This document shows, piece by piece, positions 60,924 through 64,000 of a stretch of DNA of 64,000 bases. This DNA comes from Oculina patagonica (lineage: Eukaryota), in the NCBI RefSeq assembly GCF_052425735.1, contig NC_135758.1, positions 12,710,001-12,774,000 on the forward strand, in the 5' to 3' direction. A program made the position numbers and the translations under genes. Positions within the stretch are counted from its first letter, which is position 1. Each line of letters begins with the position of its first letter. A model generated the notes under the pieces. That model worked only from the letters and a program-made list of their open reading frames with translations. It did not search any database and was not told the DNA's origin.

Positions 60924-61571
60924 AAAATCGTGTTTTCGTGTTAGCTTCAAATTCAAACATTTTTATTTATCAAGGCCCCTTAGCATGGCATTAGTTTAGT
61001 GACTCGTTTAAGAAACCAAATAAACTCCAAAGGGGAACCGGGGAATATGTAAAACCGTTGGAAATTAAAATGCTTGCCGATGGTCATTGATGCAAACCGT
61101 CTTGGTACGTCTAGGATATGAACGGAATGCCTGCAAAGCGGGAATCTGTTACCATTTTAAAATTTACGAAAAGCATCCCAGGGCAGATAAAGGATCCTTT
61201 GCTTGCTAGTTCCAAAGCTTAACTTATTATGGGTTAATTAGTTTTCTCTGGCTTCGTTTCCTCTGTCGTGGCGGTAGGAAAAGCCAGTGAAGTATTTAGA
61301 AGTGCAGACGAGGATTGGCATCGCGTTCGTTTCTCTTGAAGTTGACCCCGGCCATTAAATCCGTACAAAATACCATTGATGAGCACGTTATCTGTAAATC
61401 ATTAGCTTTTCAATGCGCTTGTGATATGATTGGAACTTGCTATATTGCAGCTGGGACTTGACAGCCCTCCTGGATCGTCGCTATCAAATACATGATAACA
61501 ACGACATGTGTAAATAAGCCCGGCTAATTGCTTTACAAAGTCTTGCACGCTAGCTACGTTCCACAACCATC

Positions 61572-62096
61572 ATGGCACAAAATGGTCTCGCCCAAATCGG
61601 ATTTGGCGGTCTTGCAGAGCATGGAAACAGATTATCTGCATTTAAACCCGTCATTGCAAGAAAACCAAGAAAACAGGCATGCCCCCGATTTTTACCTGAA
61701 TACAATATCCAGGACAATCCTCTTGCCGCCTTAGAGGATTTTGTGACCAATTACTTCAGTGAAGAGTCATCTTTAGAGCTAGATCGAGTACCCTTGAAGA
61801 AGCACCGATCATTTAATCGTAAGCCTCTACCAGAAACAATATCGAAATCGACCAAAAAGAGTGTTTTTTCGGAGGTGCAAGTTCAGACGCTAGAGGACAG
61901 TTTCCAGTTTAAACAACATTTGTCACCCAATTCTAGAGAGTGGCTGGCGAAACTTATTGGCTTATCAAAGCGTCAGGTGATCACATGGTTCCAAAATCGA
62001 CGCGCCAGAGAGCGTAAAAGAGCTGGAATTAAAATGCCGAGACATGGCAAAAAGTGCGTGGTAATGGATTTCACAATTTCAGACTTGAGGGTATAA
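61572..62096 (+). CDS. Intronless divergent ANTP-class (NK-like/Lbx-like) homeobox protein, 174 aa
   Basis: Homeodomain KKSVFSEVQVQTLEDSFQFKQHLSPNSREWLAKLIGLSKRQVITWFQNRRARERK with the WFQNRR signature (Q50); ATG in ACCATCATGG context. Confidence 0.88.
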   Translation: MAQNGLAQIGFGGLAEHGNRLSAFKPVIARKPRKQACPRFLPEYNIQDNPLAALEDFVTNYFSEESSLELDRVPLKKHRSFNRKPLPETISKSTKKSVFSEVQVQTLEDSFQFKQHLSPNSREWLAKLIGLSKRQVITWFQNRRARERKRAGIKMPRHGKKCVVMDFTISDLRV

Positions 62097-63426
62097 AGTA
62101 TGCGGAGAATTTTGCTGGGAAGATCGCAAGAAGTTTCATTGATACGGTGGTACACACTAAGACAATGTCGTGTCCATACCTTTGGAGCTAAGTATCTGGA
62201 GAAATCGTTTTAATGCAGCCTTCGTGGCCGCATTTGTAGCACAAATTGCACTTTCATTTTCGTTGTGGTTTGACAACAAGATGTTCTCGCTGTTCAGCTG
62301 ACAGTTTTGCAACGCAATCTCTTGAACCTAAGTCTAGTACACTCGTATAGGGGTGAACATTTTAGCCGCTTTACGAGCTCACGATGAACGTTATATAATG
62401 TTTTCTTAGCAAACACGTTTAATCGTCCATATAGAGTATATGTAGTGAATTTCGATTAGGTCCTAAAAAGTTGTTTTTGTTACAAATTTACTCGTTAGGA
62501 GATTAGAGTGCATTTTAGCATGACCCGTGACGTCACATCTGATTTGCAAAGTCAGACAAATCCCATCGAAACGAGAGAAATGCGATCGTTGATTGTTTTT
62601 TCGAGAGCTATTTTAGGGCCACCCATGCTCGTTAACAATTTAAACTCCTATACGTTTGTGTGGAGTTTTTCTTCAAGGACAGCTATCGACTTTAAATGCA
62701 ATTAATTCTCCATATTCTTATTTTCCTGACTCGAGGTTTTGCTTGTGTTACGGTCGCCGTCAACAGGCGATATCTCGGTAAGATTATGTGAGAAATGTTT
62801 ATTTAAACATAAAAGAAGTATGTAAACCAAGGCGGCAGACAGCAAAATAACCGCAGGATTTCATCTCCTCACAACTATTGTAAATATCCGGATCATGTTC
62901 TTGTCTTTGAGGGCTAAGTTGATTATCTTAAGCAGTTTAAGTCACGGTAATTACATGGACCGCCTTTTGTTTGTTATTCTTTCATCAAGCTAGTCTTGAT
63001 AAAATCTTTAAAGACGAGTTAAAAGGTTTATTATCGCTTGCATTGTTATCGAGGGTGGGTTTTTAGATGACTGTGAAGAAGAGTTGAAAAATGGCTGTAA
63101 AAGGATTGTTTCAGTTGAGGTAACTGTCCGGGACGTGTCCCATAACGATTTGATTTGAAAGCTTTGAGCATGTATGAAAGGTGTCACGTTTAGTTCTGGT
63201 TCAAAATAAAACTGTAAACAAGGTTAAATGTTGGTTTAAAGTTCATTTGAGACACCAGAGAAAGCTTTGTGTGATGATAACCTCACCATTTTTTCTTTTT
63301 TCTTTTTTTCAATGGAAACAGTATACGAGAAACCTCATTTGGAAAACAACACGACAAAACACTTGCACACAAAAGAACGTTTTTATTAATATCAATTTCA
63401 ACGTCAAACATTGCTTCGTTTATCAA

Positions 63427-64000
63427 AACAACGAATTTTATCTATGGTGACAATATCAATTTTAAATTGAAGTGTTATCGCTCTTTTGTGTTACTAGGTG
63501 ATAGCTGACGTAGAAGGAACTGACATGGAGGGTTTGAAGCAACAAATTGAGGCGAACGTAAATGGACCAACAGACGTGGACCAGCCGGATGAGTCGTCAA
63601 TGGATGAAATGTTCCATGACCCGAGATAATTTGGACCTGTTCTTGAAGCAATCAAGGACCGTATTACTACCCGAGAACTGAGTGAGCTTTGGGCATGTTA
63701 ACATAGCTCGGTTATGCGCGAGGCACTTTTCTCCGTGTTAAGACGCCGAGGTTGGTATTTGCTTCGAGCCTTATACCGTGGAGAGTAGGACAATGCGTCC
63801 CTTGTCGTTTAAGAAGTAACTCCTTAGTGGAAGAAGAAATTGAACAGTAGAAAACAGAGAACAATGTTAAATTAATCAAAACATTGATTACTACACATAG
63901 TGTTGTAAAAAAAAGCAGGCTACCTGACTGCAACATTTAGGGAAACGAGGCATTTGTTTTCCCGTCGGCACATTAGGCCAGGCCATTCCCAAGATACCTT
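63427..64000 (+). repeat. Second copy of 57837-58410, including a duplicate of the terminal exon of the PUB-UBX-Trx gene (63498-63629) and its 3' UTR
   Basis: The sequence reads identically by eye at an offset of 5590 bp and runs off the window end; the ORF track shows the same 74-aa antisense ORF twice (58122-58346 and 63712-63936). Confidence 0.95.

Overview
Eukaryotic, intron-rich, AT-rich animal DNA. The repeat families and gene content suggest an anthozoan/stony coral; this is an inference. Four host genes can be reconstructed by hand. (1) A 15-coding-exon secreted ADAMTS-like gene (ADAMTSL4/THSD4 type, + strand, 13646-28594), with a 1-nt frameshift in exon 9 and a candidate alternative signal-peptide exon. 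(2) A small two-exon C18orf32/UPF0729-like gene (- strand, 35963-30768) that is missing from the ORF track. Its codon 3, the conserved first Cys of the family's MVCIxC motif, is TGA, and its 3' UTR holds a canonical type II SECIS element. This makes it a candidate selenoprotein in a family I do not know as Sec-containing, and it is the top finding. (3) Head-to-head with it, with 136 bp between the ATGs, is a 17-exon + strand gene for a ~527-aa PUB-UBA-coiled coil-UBX-thioredoxin (WCSLC) protein, an unusual p97/VCP-adaptor architecture. (4) An intronless divergent ANTP/NK-like homeobox gene (61572-62096) lies between two apparently identical copies of gene 3's last exon. The introns carry nested mobile elements: a 5-bp-TSD TIR element containing a Tx1-like LINE, a BEL/Pao LTR element containing a Helentron-type HINE, and many MITEs and SINEs. 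One intron also holds an 11-bp minisatellite.
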